A model generated the notes under the pieces. That model was not told where the DNA came from, ran no database searches, and saw only the letters and a list, made by a program, of their open reading frames with translations. DNA of 64,000 nt from Candidatus Heimdallarchaeota archaeon. Its GTDB lineage: Archaea > Asgardarchaeota > Heimdallarchaeia > JABLTI01. The stretch is from contig JAHLVW010000062.1 of the NCBI GenBank assembly GCA_019058275.1, positions 201,809 through 265,808 of the forward strand. The letters are read 5' to 3'. Every line of letters begins with the position of its first letter. Within the stretch, counting starts at the first letter, position 1. This document shows positions 42,901-52,809 of the stretch, one piece after another. The position numbers were made by a program, and so were the translations under genes.

Positions 42901-44290
42901 AGTGCATAAACTATACATTTTCCTTGAAGATGATACTGGTGGTGGTTTGTTTACTAACTCAATCGAAGCTAACTATGTCTTTATTGTTGATGATTTATCA
43001 TTTGACTATATTACACCAAATGATTTCACTGATAATTACAACTATACTATGTTTTATGGTGAGAATTTCACTATTACAGTCAATATTACAGATAGATGGG
43101 CAAATGATGAAATTGAAAATGTGTCATTTGCTGTAATTAAGGAAGATGCTTTATTGAATCTATCAGTAGACGTTAGAAATATCACAAATACTGAATATCT
43201 CATTACAATATTTGGAACTAATGTTACTAATGATCAACTAACTAGTATCGAAGTACGTTTCTGGCAAACAATAGGGAATAACCATTCTGTTTCTGTAAAT
43301 CTAAGGGTAGACAAACTTAATGGTTATATTGTTATCCTGAGTACAAGTGAAACGATTATTTTTGGTGAGAATTTCACTTTGACTCTTCAATTATTTGATA
43401 ATCTTAATGATAGCTCACAAGAAATTCTTTACATAAGTGTTGATGGTAATGATCAAGACATATTCTATACTTGCATTGACGAAGCAAACCAAATTTACCA
43501 AATTACCTTTAACACAAGATTCTTTGTAGAAGAGGAAGGAGAGCATTCATTCACCGTTCATATTGAAGCTAATTTCTATAGTAGCACTATTAATAGTGAT
43601 GTCCTTCAGGTTATAGTTCCATCTGGATTATCTTTACAATGGATAATCATTATAATTGCCTTAGCAGTTCTGTTTTCATTGGTCATGGGTTTTGTTATTT
43701 ATAGAGTTGTTAGAGCAAGACCATTTGAAGAACTTATGAGCAAAGTCTCTGAAGAAGACATCAAAGCAAACATGGAAACAATGTCACCTGGTGTAATATT
43801 ATCTATTTTTGACCAGAAGAAAGGACCAATTCCTCTAGTAGGAGATCATGCTCTTGATTCAGCTTTATACAATCATAGAATGCGTATAGGTGTTGAAAAC
43901 TTCTTGCTTAAAATTTCAGATCAAGCTTATTCATCATTAGGATTTGAAGAACATGATGAAAGACGAAGAACTGGGTCTATTAATCTTCCTAATGAAGATA
44001 TGGTTGCTTTCATTCATGGTATTCAGCTAGCTAATCCTGCTATGCGAGGTGGATTCGAGAATCTTTCTCTAATTGTTCTTGCTGATAAAGAAGTTGGTGG
44101 TTTCCTCCTAGCGAACCAAGAATTCTTATTCCTTGAAATTGACGAATTAAAAGCTGCTCTGCAAGATAAGAAGGCTTTACCAGAAATAGAAACTTTACTA
44201 ACTAAAATACGAGAGCGTTCTCTAATCATAATGATTGCAGTACAAAAGAATGCTAAAAAAGATAAAAATAGCAAAGAAGAATACCAATAA
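39968..44290 (+). CDS. Large single-pass surface protein: Ig-like repeats, TM helix, cytoplasmic uDENN/longin domain
   Basis: Signal peptide, repeated Y.WD...G.H.L.I.A.D..GN units, many N-x-S/T sequons, TM near 43634-43702, then ILSIFDQKKGPIPL and MRGG..LSLIVL. Confidence 0.8.
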   Translation: MLRKQSKIYCLFLLILFINSLIYYSEIKGEEPSVNKKDDLESASLTSTNAENIPNLPGIVDSINTSGSFKLRAFFTQDNFVDIDENGYVYEWEDYNDVRYNGEDSIYAKFRQYTGSSDPDIFWPPVDTYQQLRSESLINGEHINSTVFSPVFNFNTKIQGKIFFLVHGDVWPSFTANWILKITLDLFNSTDKTTIYVTSTENHFDDTPNQGTTFEANIAKAVTIPAGFRLRLTYEVMRDSGTPEGNVEIRTGEVNLGSNLPWIVNDINNTYDKTYALHNFRSTLGIQLLMYEESFPTIDLTGFTNNTIYSDSTNATITVSDSILNNYKWDSDSFAEFTSPYIVSLPETQGWHTLTIKAEDYYVNIIEDSFIVGYDSSPTTVILESPANNSLVTDGQTLNFSVYGVTENPYYEWDKIAPQYTLLGPAYDIYLSTDFNDLHNLTIYATTDFGLEKFVYFFEFDNSVPVISLKNVVNDTDQPPFKNIDVEITDRSDLEILYKWDDENSNSTWAPIEGDTYRTYLPASDEYHFLYIYAEDSFNLSSKAVYRFNTSAFTLLVDLKTMVNGSYYFGNDIVEVTIVNYNLTCKYKWGNNPLSIGTVIDNTLNLSGGDALSQNPGTYWLTIIVYDLQHLQCEFVFKFIVDREKPTIIQDPTDPYNDLRFLQATTLRFTIADNWTIADQIEIYLSLDNAANVTYSAIINYYLGSVEEGLHNLTIIAIDIAGNSYKYFITFTIDISSPGVSVTIDKLATLLDGSRYVPADTTVTVVLTDDDLTINSYYSWNSNDYLSFTDNFTLPSTEGFAALIIKANDSLGNYRTRTYWLIIDNTSPYITLKFINNESKINLETALRFNIEDLSNNTVDLITTEWNLDAGPSIKDETDFTVYLIGLYLTHTEANLTIYSRDVVGNERTHVYLFYLDFTAPVYELVGLTNNSYVRGNSTIDFNVISNDLSSFYYSWDNNPDLTSLNDPWDLLVPLDDGVHKLYIFLEDDTGGGLFTNSIEANYVFIVDDLSFDYITPNDFTDNYNYTMFYGENFTITVNITDRWANDEIENVSFAVIKEDALLNLSVDVRNITNTEYLITIFGTNVTNDQLTSIEVRFWQTIGNNHSVSVNLRVDKLNGYIVILSTSETIIFGENFTLTLQLFDNLNDSSQEILYISVDGNDQDIFYTCIDEANQIYQITFNTRFFVEEEGEHSFTVHIEANFYSSTINSDVLQVIVPSGLSLQWIIIIIALAVLFSLVMGFVIYRVVRARPFEELMSKVSEEDIKANMETMSPGVILSIFDQKKGPIPLVGDHALDSALYNHRMRIGVENFLLKISDQAYSSLGFEEHDERRRTGSINLPNEDMVAFIHGIQLANPAMRGGFENLSLIVLADKEVGGFLLANQEFLFLEIDELKAALQDKKALPEIETLLTKIRERSLIIMIAVQKNAKKDKNSKEEYQ

Positions 44291-44383
44291 ATCATTCTGT
44301 TGCATAAACAGTAATATTGATATGATAACGATAAGCTTTAATGCCTTGATGCAAACCAAATGTAAACATTCCAGTGATGATAT

Positions 44384-46081
44384 ATGTCTTACCTATTCGA
44401 TAAACTCAAAACAAAAGTCGGAAAAGCTAAAGTAGAAGCTAAAATACTACTTATGGGTCTCCAAGAAGCTGGAAAAACAACTATCAAAGATGTAGTATTC
44501 TTTGGTAAAGAACTTGGTGAAGTCGAAGACTACATGGCTACGATTCACTATGAGCGCCAATTTATTGATGATGAAAAAGAGAATCTCATAATTGATTCTG
44601 GCGGACAAGAAGCCTACTGGAATGAAGCTGTTACACAATTCCGACATTTGGTTTTTTCAAATGTAAAGTTATTACTTTGGATAATTGACATGACACGATC
44701 AGATCTTTTTGAGGAGTCTGAAAGAAGGTTTAGTTTTACAATTCGTCAATTTAAAAAGGAGAATCCTAAAGGAAAAATCGCTGTTCTTTGTCATAAAGTA
44801 GATTTAATTCCTCCAGAAGAAGTTGTTGCATTATTGGATCAGATTAAAATTAATTTTGATGAACCAAAATATAAAATACAATTCGAACCTTCTAGTATAT
44901 ATTATCCTGATAGTTTGAAAGAATTAATTTTTACATTAATGAAAAATGCAAAGATGAATGTTAAGCGTTTCGAGCTAATTACAAATCTTGGAAAGAAGAT
45001 TGAAGAAAGTGAAGAATTCAAAAGCTATATTATAGATAACAAAGAAGATCCAAGAATTCTACAACTTATGGAATTCCTAAATCCTTCTTCAGAAACCACT
45101 CTACCAACGTTTGGAAAAGCTAGTGTTCAGTTTGATCTTTCTAAGTATGATATAATCGAATTAGTTCTCATCAATAAAGAAACAAACTCCCCAGTTATTG
45201 GTACTGCTTCTCAAGGTTCTGTAAGCATAGAAACTTCTTTGGACTATATATTGGCTTTACAAGAATTCAAAGAAATAATAAAAGAGAGAAAAATTGATGA
45301 AGATTCAACCATTTTAATTGTAACTTCTTCCAATAAGAAAGTCCATGGTATGATTGTCAATTTAGGGATTAATTTTCTATTAATGACTTCATTTTCACCA
45401 ATTTCTGAAGAAAAAACAAAAACACTTTTTGGTCTTATTCGTGAATTTTCAAAAAGCATTGATATTCCAACTAAAATTAATGAAGTTATTCCAGAAGTAT
45501 CAACATCTAAACCAGTTGAAGTAACTCCTCCAACTACTAATGTAACTCCAAAAATACCTGAGGAAGTTGTAAAAGCACCTGAAGTTATCAAACCTTCAAA
45601 AGAAGTGGTTGCTGATGGAGAGGTTACTGAAGAAAAGAGTATGTTTTCATTTATTAATCAATTAAGGGATAATTTGAAGACCCAATCTGATGAAGAAGTT
45701 ATCTTGGAAGAAGAACCTACAGATGAGATTATACAAGAAAAGGTTATTGTTCCAACACTTGAAAAGGAAATTGAACCAGAAGATATTCAAGTACCTCCTG
45801 AGCCTATTATTGAACCTACTTCTCTGGAAGAAGCAGCTGAAGAAGTAATTGAAGCACCTGTTGTAGAAATTGTTGAAGTGCAACCAGAACCTGAACCAGC
45901 CAAACGCAAACCTAGCTTTGTTTCGAGACTAAAAGCAGAAAGGAGACGTTACAAAATCAAACAAATTCAAATGAAAGCTGAAAAACTTAATTTCTCAGAG
46001 GATGATCTTAAAGAATTAGCAGAATTCTTAACCAAAGAAAATTCTTCTGAAGAAAAAGAGACAAAAAAAGAAACAAAGTAA
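44384..46081 (+). CDS. Rag/Gtr-like GTPase with roadblock-like domain and acidic Pro-rich tail
   Basis: KILLMGLQEAGKTT, ATI, DSGGQ, HKVD. Confidence 0.85.
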   Translation: MSYLFDKLKTKVGKAKVEAKILLMGLQEAGKTTIKDVVFFGKELGEVEDYMATIHYERQFIDDEKENLIIDSGGQEAYWNEAVTQFRHLVFSNVKLLLWIIDMTRSDLFEESERRFSFTIRQFKKENPKGKIAVLCHKVDLIPPEEVVALLDQIKINFDEPKYKIQFEPSSIYYPDSLKELIFTLMKNAKMNVKRFELITNLGKKIEESEEFKSYIIDNKEDPRILQLMEFLNPSSETTLPTFGKASVQFDLSKYDIIELVLINKETNSPVIGTASQGSVSIETSLDYILALQEFKEIIKERKIDEDSTILIVTSSNKKVHGMIVNLGINFLLMTSFSPISEEKTKTLFGLIREFSKSIDIPTKINEVIPEVSTSKPVEVTPPTTNVTPKIPEEVVKAPEVIKPSKEVVADGEVTEEKSMFSFINQLRDNLKTQSDEEVILEEEPTDEIIQEKVIVPTLEKEIEPEDIQVPPEPIIEPTSLEEAAEEVIEAPVVEIVEVQPEPEPAKRKPSFVSRLKAERRRYKIKQIQMKAEKLNFSEDDLKELAEFLTKENSSEEKETKKETK

Positions 46082-46082
46082 A

Positions 46083-47303
46083 TTATACTGGTCTACTTTT
46101 CTCATATCGTCTATATTCTAGATTAGCATCTAAAATAACTGGTATTTCTCTTATGCCCTCAATACATTCATGAACAGGATAAATTTTGATTGTTGTAGTA
46201 CCAAATCCTGCAGTAACTTTAATACCCCTATCTATTTGTTCTGAGTTTTCTAAAGCGACATCCAAAACAGATTTTTGTATTTGTTTTCCGCAGACATCAC
46301 ATTTAACACCAATTTTGGTTTTAAATTTAATTTCTAGATTACCTACCTTTTTCACTTTATTCGATTTTAGATAATTTGCTAATGTTTCTCTCATTTTGGC
46401 TTTTGCTTGTCCTAACAATTCATCTGGTTGGAATAAATTACTTATTTGTCCACATAATCGATCAAATGATTCTTGAGCAACTGCGAACGATGTATCTTCA
46501 GGAAAAATAGTTGTAACTATTAAATCATCTTCAACTTCTTTCATAAAAACACCATGCTTTCCATAAGTGAAAATCGCTTGGTTTAGTAACATTCCTGGGA
46601 AGTAAGCTTTTGCTAATTCATTTTTTAATCTTGAATAATTAACTCCTGAAACTACTTCAGGTTCAGAATACAAAACTAATCCTTGTGCAGTTGATAAAGC
46701 TATAAATGATAGTTTATGACTGCCTTTAATACTTTTTATTTCAGTAGTTTTAGCATCATCCCTTGGATAAACAAAGGAGAGAACTTGTTGCATTGCATCC
46801 CAAACAGTTTGGTCAAAAATAGAAGTTCCATAGATACTAGCATTTTGATATTTTTCTAATTCGAATATATCGTTAATAGATTTGATCATTGCTTCCCTTT
46901 TATTTAAAGGAACAATATCCATTTTATGAACGAATACATATATTCTTGCTGCAGAGCTCACTTCTTTTAAGCTTTTGAATGTTAAATCAAAATAGTATTT
47001 CGATCGCATGATATTTGCTGCATCAGATACATCTACAACAAATATTACTGCTCTTACATCTGTGAAAGTTCTTTCTTTATATTGTTGAAATATTTCATTA
47101 AGATAGTTTGTTTGTCCACCGATATCAAAGAGATTTATACCACCACCTGCAAGGTTGAAGAGCTTCCGGTTTATCCTTACAGTAGCTGGATTTAATTCTG
47201 TTGATTCAGGGGTAAATCCTTCAAAGACAACTTGACGTATAGAAGTTTTTCCTGATTGAGATAATCCTAGTACTATAACTTTCGATTCCAATTTATCTAC
47301 CAT
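46083..47303 (-). CDS. Rag/Gtr-like GTPase with roadblock-like domain and C-terminal CxxC...HxC domain
   Basis: GLSQSGKTS, AT, DIGGQ, HKMD, TSIFD. Confidence 0.88.
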   Translation of the reverse strand: MVDKLESKVIVLGLSQSGKTSIRQVVFEGFTPESTELNPATVRINRKLFNLAGGGINLFDIGGQTNYLNEIFQQYKERTFTDVRAVIFVVDVSDAANIMRSKYYFDLTFKSLKEVSSAARIYVFVHKMDIVPLNKREAMIKSINDIFELEKYQNASIYGTSIFDQTVWDAMQQVLSFVYPRDDAKTTEIKSIKGSHKLSFIALSTAQGLVLYSEPEVVSGVNYSRLKNELAKAYFPGMLLNQAIFTYGKHGVFMKEVEDDLIVTTIFPEDTSFAVAQESFDRLCGQISNLFQPDELLGQAKAKMRETLANYLKSNKVKKVGNLEIKFKTKIGVKCDVCGKQIQKSVLDVALENSEQIDRGIKVTAGFGTTTIKIYPVHECIEGIREIPVILDANLEYRRYEKSRPV

Positions 47304-47460
47304 GTGCTCACCAGCAATCTCGTATGATTCTTTTCTAGAATATACTATTTTTATCTTTGGATTATGTCAATTTCAAATACTATTGATTTATCGTCTTAGA
47401 ATCTGTATATTTTGAATAAGACCAACAGTTATATAGAGTATAATTTATGGTAAATTCATT

Positions 47461-48265
47461 ATGTCCTCCACGAAAAAGAAAATTCTTCTCACATGTGATG
47501 ATGGCATACGTAGCAATGGTATGCTCGAGTTATACAGTCATTTATCTAAATTTGCTAATGTAACAATTATTACTCCACAAGGTCAACGAAGTGCTGAGAG
47601 CAAAGCAATAACTATTAACAAAATATTACGTGTAGAAAAGGTCAATATAATAGATGGGATTAGTGGATATTCCATTTCAGGGACATCAGCAGATGCAGTT
47701 ATTTTTGGGTTAAATAGCTTAGAAGAAAGGTCCTTTCGATTTAGTTGTTGCTGGTATTAATCAAGGACTTAATATTTCATCTCATATTGTACTTACTTCA
47801 GGTACATGTGCTGCTGCATTTGAAGCTTCATTCTATAACGTTCCATCTATAGCATTTTCAATGGATGTTTCTCAAAAAAACTATTTTGTTACACCAACTC
47901 GAGAGATTTTCAAAAATGCCGGTAAAATAGCTGCTTCAATAACAAAGAAGGTTCTAAACCTAACCTTTCCAGAAAAATTAGCCTTTATCAATGTCAACTT
48001 TCCTTTAGATGCTAATGACGAAACACCTGTAGAATTGACTTCATTAGCTAATAAGTTTTTAGTTTTCAAACCAGATTTAAGAAAAGATCCAAGGAACAAT
48101 GATTACTATTTCTTGTGGGGGAATCCTGTGCAAGAAGCACCAAAAGGCAGTGATATAGAAGCTATAATGCATGGCAAAATTAGTGTATCACCTGTTACTG
48201 CAGATTTAAATCTTAATAACAATAAAGAATCAAATAACTTGCTAGATAAGTTAATAGAAAAATAA
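47461..48265 (+). pseudogene. surE: 5'/3'-nucleotidase SurE, frameshifted near 47728
   Basis: ILLTCDDG, GTSAD; shifted frame continues FDLVVAGINQG.N...SGT..AA.E; NVNFP. Confidence 0.85.
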
Positions 48266-48287
48266 GAAAAAGATTAAGGAAGAATCC

Positions 48288-49730
48288 TTACTTCTTCTCT
48301 TTCTTCTTTGGTTTTAAAGGACCAATCTTGTGATATACATTTCGCTCAAAAACGAAATCAATTTTCCCTGTTTTAGCATCAATTTTGAACTCACAAGGAT
48401 ATTTTATTAATCCCATTGGAATCCAGAATTTATAGTCCTTTTTCGAATCTGTTATTGGTATTATGGGAAATGCAGAGCAATCTTGATTTGGATTTTTAAA
48501 GTAAAGTTGTTGACCATTTTTAATAATCTCTGCTTTGTTTATTCCTTTGAAAGTTTGATATGTTCCCACTAATTGCTCTATCTTTGAATCAAGACGTAAT
48601 GTTGGATGATCTTCTAATGGATTTTTTCCAACTAATGTAGCAAAAATAGCTTGTGTTATAATACTGCCTTGAGTCTGCCCAACATTACCTTCTATAACAA
48701 CACCCATTTTCTTTGAAGGAATAAAGCCCATGTAAGCACTTGAAACTGCTGTAGAACCGCCATGACCAATTACTGTTTCACCAAAAACATCTTCAGTTAT
48801 TGTTAAACCTAAACCATAATATGATTTGCCAAAACTACCTTGAGGTAGATCAATCATAGGAGTTAACATCTGTTTTATTGAACTTGGTTTGACAATTTGC
48901 TTATCTTTGAACTTACCTTTATTAAGAAACATAAGCATATAATTTTCCATTTCTTTTACAGATGAAATTAATCCTCCAGCAGCATGTATTAAATCATCAA
49001 ATGGATGCATTGATTCTTTCAAATTCCCTTTTTCAGTTCCATAAGCAGTCATTCTATCTTCTTCTTTTTCAAATTCATCTCTTAGGTAAGTAGAACGATT
49101 CATCTCTAGTGGTTTCAAGATGTTTTCTTTAATGTATTTATGATTCTTTTTACCTGAAACTGCTTCGATAACCATTCCAAGTAGAATATATCCACCATTG
49201 AAATAGAAGTAATTTTTTTCTGGATCAGCAAATACTTCTGCTTGAGCACTATTTGCATGAATCAAAAAATCGCTATCACTACTCATTGGAACATAAGTTT
49301 CATTTTCAGGAAATGAATGTCTGGAAATTAAAATGTTTGCTACTCCAAGATCAGGAATACCTGAAGAGTGTGACATTAAATGTTTAATAGCAATAGGTTT
49401 TTCTTCATTTCCAAGTTTAAATGGTATATGTTTGGAAACTGAATCATCAAGTTTTAATTTTCCTTGTTCAACAAGTTGTAATAATGCTAAACAAGTAAAT
49501 GATTTGCTTATTGAACCGATACCATAAAGTGTATCAAGAGTAGCAGGTAGATTTCCTTGTAATGTTCTTGCTCCAATACCCTTAGTGAAGATTGCTTTTC
49601 CTTTATCTACAACAGTAAGACTTAATCCTGGAATTTTCATCTGTTGCATTAAAGTAGTAATCATGCCTTCTAATTTTTCTATTGAATAATTCTCAGTCAT
49701 TTTTATAACACCTAAAATTACAGAAAGCAA
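48288..49730 (-). CDS. Serine hydrolase, beta-lactamase class C/PBP-like peptidase
   Basis: GSISKSF (SxxK), HLMSHSSG, YFN, AAGGL, HGG; probable ATG at 49700. Confidence 0.9.
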   Translation of the reverse strand: MLSVILGVIKMTENYSIEKLEGMITTLMQQMKIPGLSLTVVDKGKAIFTKGIGARTLQGNLPATLDTLYGIGSISKSFTCLALLQLVEQGKLKLDDSVSKHIPFKLGNEEKPIAIKHLMSHSSGIPDLGVANILISRHSFPENETYVPMSSDSDFLIHANSAQAEVFADPEKNYFYFNGGYILLGMVIEAVSGKKNHKYIKENILKPLEMNRSTYLRDEFEKEEDRMTAYGTEKGNLKESMHPFDDLIHAAGGLISSVKEMENYMLMFLNKGKFKDKQIVKPSSIKQMLTPMIDLPQGSFGKSYYGLGLTITEDVFGETVIGHGGSTAVSSAYMGFIPSKKMGVVIEGNVGQTQGSIITQAIFATLVGKNPLEDHPTLRLDSKIEQLVGTYQTFKGINKAEIIKNGQQLYFKNPNQDCSAFPIIPITDSKKDYKFWIPMGLIKYPCEFKIDAKTGKIDFVFERNVYHKIGPLKPKKKEKK

Positions 49731-49862
49731 AATGATATTTGTATTTTCTTGTAAATCTCTTCTAAGGAACTCGTAATTGCAAAATTAATAATATTATTAT
49801 AAGCTAAATTCACTGTTTGTATGCTTTATATTGAAAAATATCAATTGGACTAGGTATTTAAC

Positions 49863-50351
49863 ATGGCAAATCGTAGTAAAGCATTGAAAAAATCTCTTCA
49901 AAAGGACTTGAAGAATCTTGAAGATATCTCAGTCAGTAAAGCTTTGAATATTATAGTACAGCATTTAAAGAAAAAAGGGAATTTTAATTCTTGTGTACTT
50001 ACAGATAATAATGGCCTTATTATGGCTGAATCTATACATAAACAAGAGAATAGAGATAATTTATCTGCTACAAGTGCATTAATTGATGACACATCTGAGA
50101 GAATTTCTGATTATATAAAAATAGGTAAAATAAATCTCAGCTATTTTGTTTCTAAAAATGTCATGGTTTGGATGTTACCTATTGAACTACCCAATTGTGA
50201 TGATCGTTATATTTTATTAGCAACAAAAGGTATTACTATCCTTACTGGTATGCCTAAATCAATCCTAAAATTACTCGGCAAGGAAGAAATCAATATACAT
50301 GCATTATTATTAATTTCTTCTAAGTGGATTGCAAAGGTTTGTAAAGAATAA
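49863..50351 (+). CDS. Roadblock/LC7 domain protein
   Basis: CVLTDNNGLIMAES...LSATSA pattern. Confidence 0.75.
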   Translation: MANRSKALKKSLQKDLKNLEDISVSKALNIIVQHLKKKGNFNSCVLTDNNGLIMAESIHKQENRDNLSATSALIDDTSERISDYIKIGKINLSYFVSKNVMVWMLPIELPNCDDRYILLATKGITILTGMPKSILKLLGKEEINIHALLLISSKWIAKVCKE

Positions 50352-50439
50352 TTCTCGTTTTTTTGTTATTTTTCTAAAAAAATAGGTCGTTTTATTCAAA
50401 TGATTATTTATATAAAATTTCATCTAACCATTCTCATTC

Positions 50440-50459
50440 TTCGTCGAAAAATCGACGAA
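50440..50459. repeat. Palindrome P2, copy 1 (TTCGTCGA-aaaa-TCGACGAA)
   Basis: Perfect CpG-rich palindrome in an AT-rich spacer between convergent genes. Confidence 0.85.
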
Positions 50460-50463
50460 TTTG

Positions 50464-50485
50464 TAGTCTTAAAAAAATAAGACTA
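50464..50485. repeat. Palindrome P1, copy 2 (TAGTCTTA-aaaaaa-TAAGACTA)
   Basis: Perfect arms, 6-bp spacer. Confidence 0.9.
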
Positions 50486-50534
50486 ATTTCAGTGTTACAA
50501 AAATGGTATAAAAAATGTATAGCTGCTGAATCAG

Positions 50535-52697
50535 TTATTTCATTAATTCAGCAATTTTTTCTTCAAGCCATTTGTAAAGTGGAGATGGCTCTTCGAGAAT
50601 CTTATTAATGACAATCTTTGCATCTTTGAGATATTCTGAAATCTCTTTTGCAAGAATATTAAGTTTCATAATAGAATCGTAGTTTTCTTGAGATACAATA
50701 AAAGCTATATTTAGATCTTCGTTAATGTTTTGATAGAGGATGATATTATTTCCTCTACTGATAGAGAAGTAAGGTTCTTTAGTACCAAATAGCTGTTTCC
50801 CAAATGAATCGATAGCTGAGATGAAGTTCGATATCAATTGTTGATTCATTTTTTGAACATCAAATATTTTGGTGTAAATTGTTAGACCAGCGTTGTTTAT
50901 CAGTAGTATAAGTTTAATATCAGCTTTAATTGGGTTAACTTGTTGAGGTAGTTGTACTAGTTCTTCTAGTGTTTTTTCAGTCATGTGCATTACCATAACC
51001 TTAGCTGCATCTTTATTTGATGCAAGTTCCTGCATTAAAGGTTCAGAGTAACCTGTGATTTGGGTTTTTTTGCCTTCATCCTCATCTTTTCTCTTTGAAA
51101 ATTCTAGTAATTGCTTCATCATTGCTTTATTAGCTTTGATTTTCTCTTCATTACTATCTGGAATAGCATCAATTAGTTCTTCTGCTCTGTCGAAGTTTTG
51201 CGACAGTATTTCGAATCCAGCTAATGAAACATTTCTATCTGCTACCCATTGTGGCAAATCTAAAGCTCCGACTAAAGTTAATAATTCATTCAATCGTTTC
51301 TTTGCAGAGCTTAAGAATCGTTCTTTTTCAGTGATTTTATAGAATTGGAAATCTGTGTTAACTAAGTTATAAACAGAAGCTAATGCATTAAGGTAATCTT
51401 TCTGTTTATTGAAATAATAAAGTGATTCTTCACCCCACTTATAGGCTTCTTCTGAATTAATTTCTAAATCAAGATAGTAGCTGAATTTTGCACTAGCAGC
51501 AATAGCTTTATTCATCAAGGTTGGAGCTTGTGCTACTTTTTCATCAAGTTTTTTCAGATATTTTTTAGCTAATTCATAATCATCTAAAGACATAGCATTT
51601 GCTGCTACTGCATAAGCTCTAAACGGAGTTACTAGTTCATCACTTGTTTCTAATAATTCTACTAATTTCTTCAAGTATTTTCTTGCTTCAGATTTTCGAT
51701 TTGCTTGCGTATGTAATCCTATAAGATTGCTTAAAGCTGATGCTATTGATTGATAATCGCCCGTTCCATCTATTAATTCCAGACATGTTTCATATGCTCC
51801 TACGCATTTATCTGTATCAACTAATGTATACATATAAGCTAGATTATGATAAAATGTGGATTTCCAGGAATTCCTTCCATAAACTTTCTTTAAGAGTTTT
51901 TCAGCTTTTTCCAATAGTTTTAGACCCTTTGTAGGTTGCCCAGCACTATAGTATAGCATAGCACTTATATGGAAGATATTGGCTTTCATCACAGTACTTT
52001 GACTTAGCTTTAGAATCTCTTGAACATCTTCCTTTTCATAATATTCAAGTGCAGCATCAAGACCTTTTGAGTTCATTAGGATTTGAGTTTTTTGTAGGAT
52101 TAAACGAGCAACACGTTCTTGAACAAAAACAACTTCCTTTGATTTCGACCATTCAATTGCTCTTTTCCAAACACCTTCTGCTTTCGCAGATATTTCATCG
52201 ATTTCTTCATATTCTTCTTTCATTGCTTTAAACATAATTTCTAAAGCAAAGCTTTGAAGGTCCATAATTACACTTGCTAGCTTATCAGCTGCAACTAATC
52301 GATTAAATATCATATTTCTATTGCCATCTGTTAAACGTGTTTTTCCTAGAACTTCTTCTATGTTATCAAAGATTCCCTTATCAACTTGCAATTGTATATT
52401 ATAAAACTGTAATTCAGGTGATTTAGGATATGTTTTAAGAAGTTCAGGTACTGCCTCTTCTTTTGTGAGATCAATCGTTATTTGACCAAACATGATAAAT
52501 ACTAAAGATGAAATGTCATCGTTTTTGTACTTTGTTAAATAATCAGTTAGACCAAGGTAGAGAGCTTCATATTTATCTTTCATTTTACTATAATTATCTT
52601 TGATTATCTTTAAGATACCAGATTTCTCAATTGGTGATACAATTTTGAATAATGATTGATACTCTATAGTAACTATATCTGTTGCTTCGAAACTCAA
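50535..52697 (-). CDS. TPR-repeat protein with C-terminal longin domain
   Basis: Helical repeats (YHNLA..Y, ALSNL..LH); LILLINNAGLTIY...LISNFISAIDSFGKQLF. Confidence 0.8.
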   Translation of the reverse strand: MSFEATDIVTIEYQSLFKIVSPIEKSGILKIIKDNYSKMKDKYEALYLGLTDYLTKYKNDDISSLVFIMFGQITIDLTKEEAVPELLKTYPKSPELQFYNIQLQVDKGIFDNIEEVLGKTRLTDGNRNMIFNRLVAADKLASVIMDLQSFALEIMFKAMKEEYEEIDEISAKAEGVWKRAIEWSKSKEVVFVQERVARLILQKTQILMNSKGLDAALEYYEKEDVQEILKLSQSTVMKANIFHISAMLYYSAGQPTKGLKLLEKAEKLLKKVYGRNSWKSTFYHNLAYMYTLVDTDKCVGAYETCLELIDGTGDYQSIASALSNLIGLHTQANRKSEARKYLKKLVELLETSDELVTPFRAYAVAANAMSLDDYELAKKYLKKLDEKVAQAPTLMNKAIAASAKFSYYLDLEINSEEAYKWGEESLYYFNKQKDYLNALASVYNLVNTDFQFYKITEKERFLSSAKKRLNELLTLVGALDLPQWVADRNVSLAGFEILSQNFDRAEELIDAIPDSNEEKIKANKAMMKQLLEFSKRKDEDEGKKTQITGYSEPLMQELASNKDAAKVMVMHMTEKTLEELVQLPQQVNPIKADIKLILLINNAGLTIYTKIFDVQKMNQQLISNFISAIDSFGKQLFGTKEPYFSISRGNNIILYQNINEDLNIAFIVSQENYDSIMKLNILAKEISEYLKDAKIVINKILEEPSPLYKWLEEKIAELMK

Positions 52698-52809
52698 GAT
52701 CCATTCCTCTGGCAGGGTATAGGTAATCCTAAATTGCTCTTAAAATAAAGTAAAATATGCTTTTTAGTCTTTTTTGGTATAAGCAAAAGAGGTGAATTTT
52801 GTCAGTCAT

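Noticed and set aside
48288-49730. Antibiotic-resistance beta-lactamase
   Set aside because: Motifs fit the broad serine-hydrolase/peptidase family; nothing indicates beta-lactam specificity
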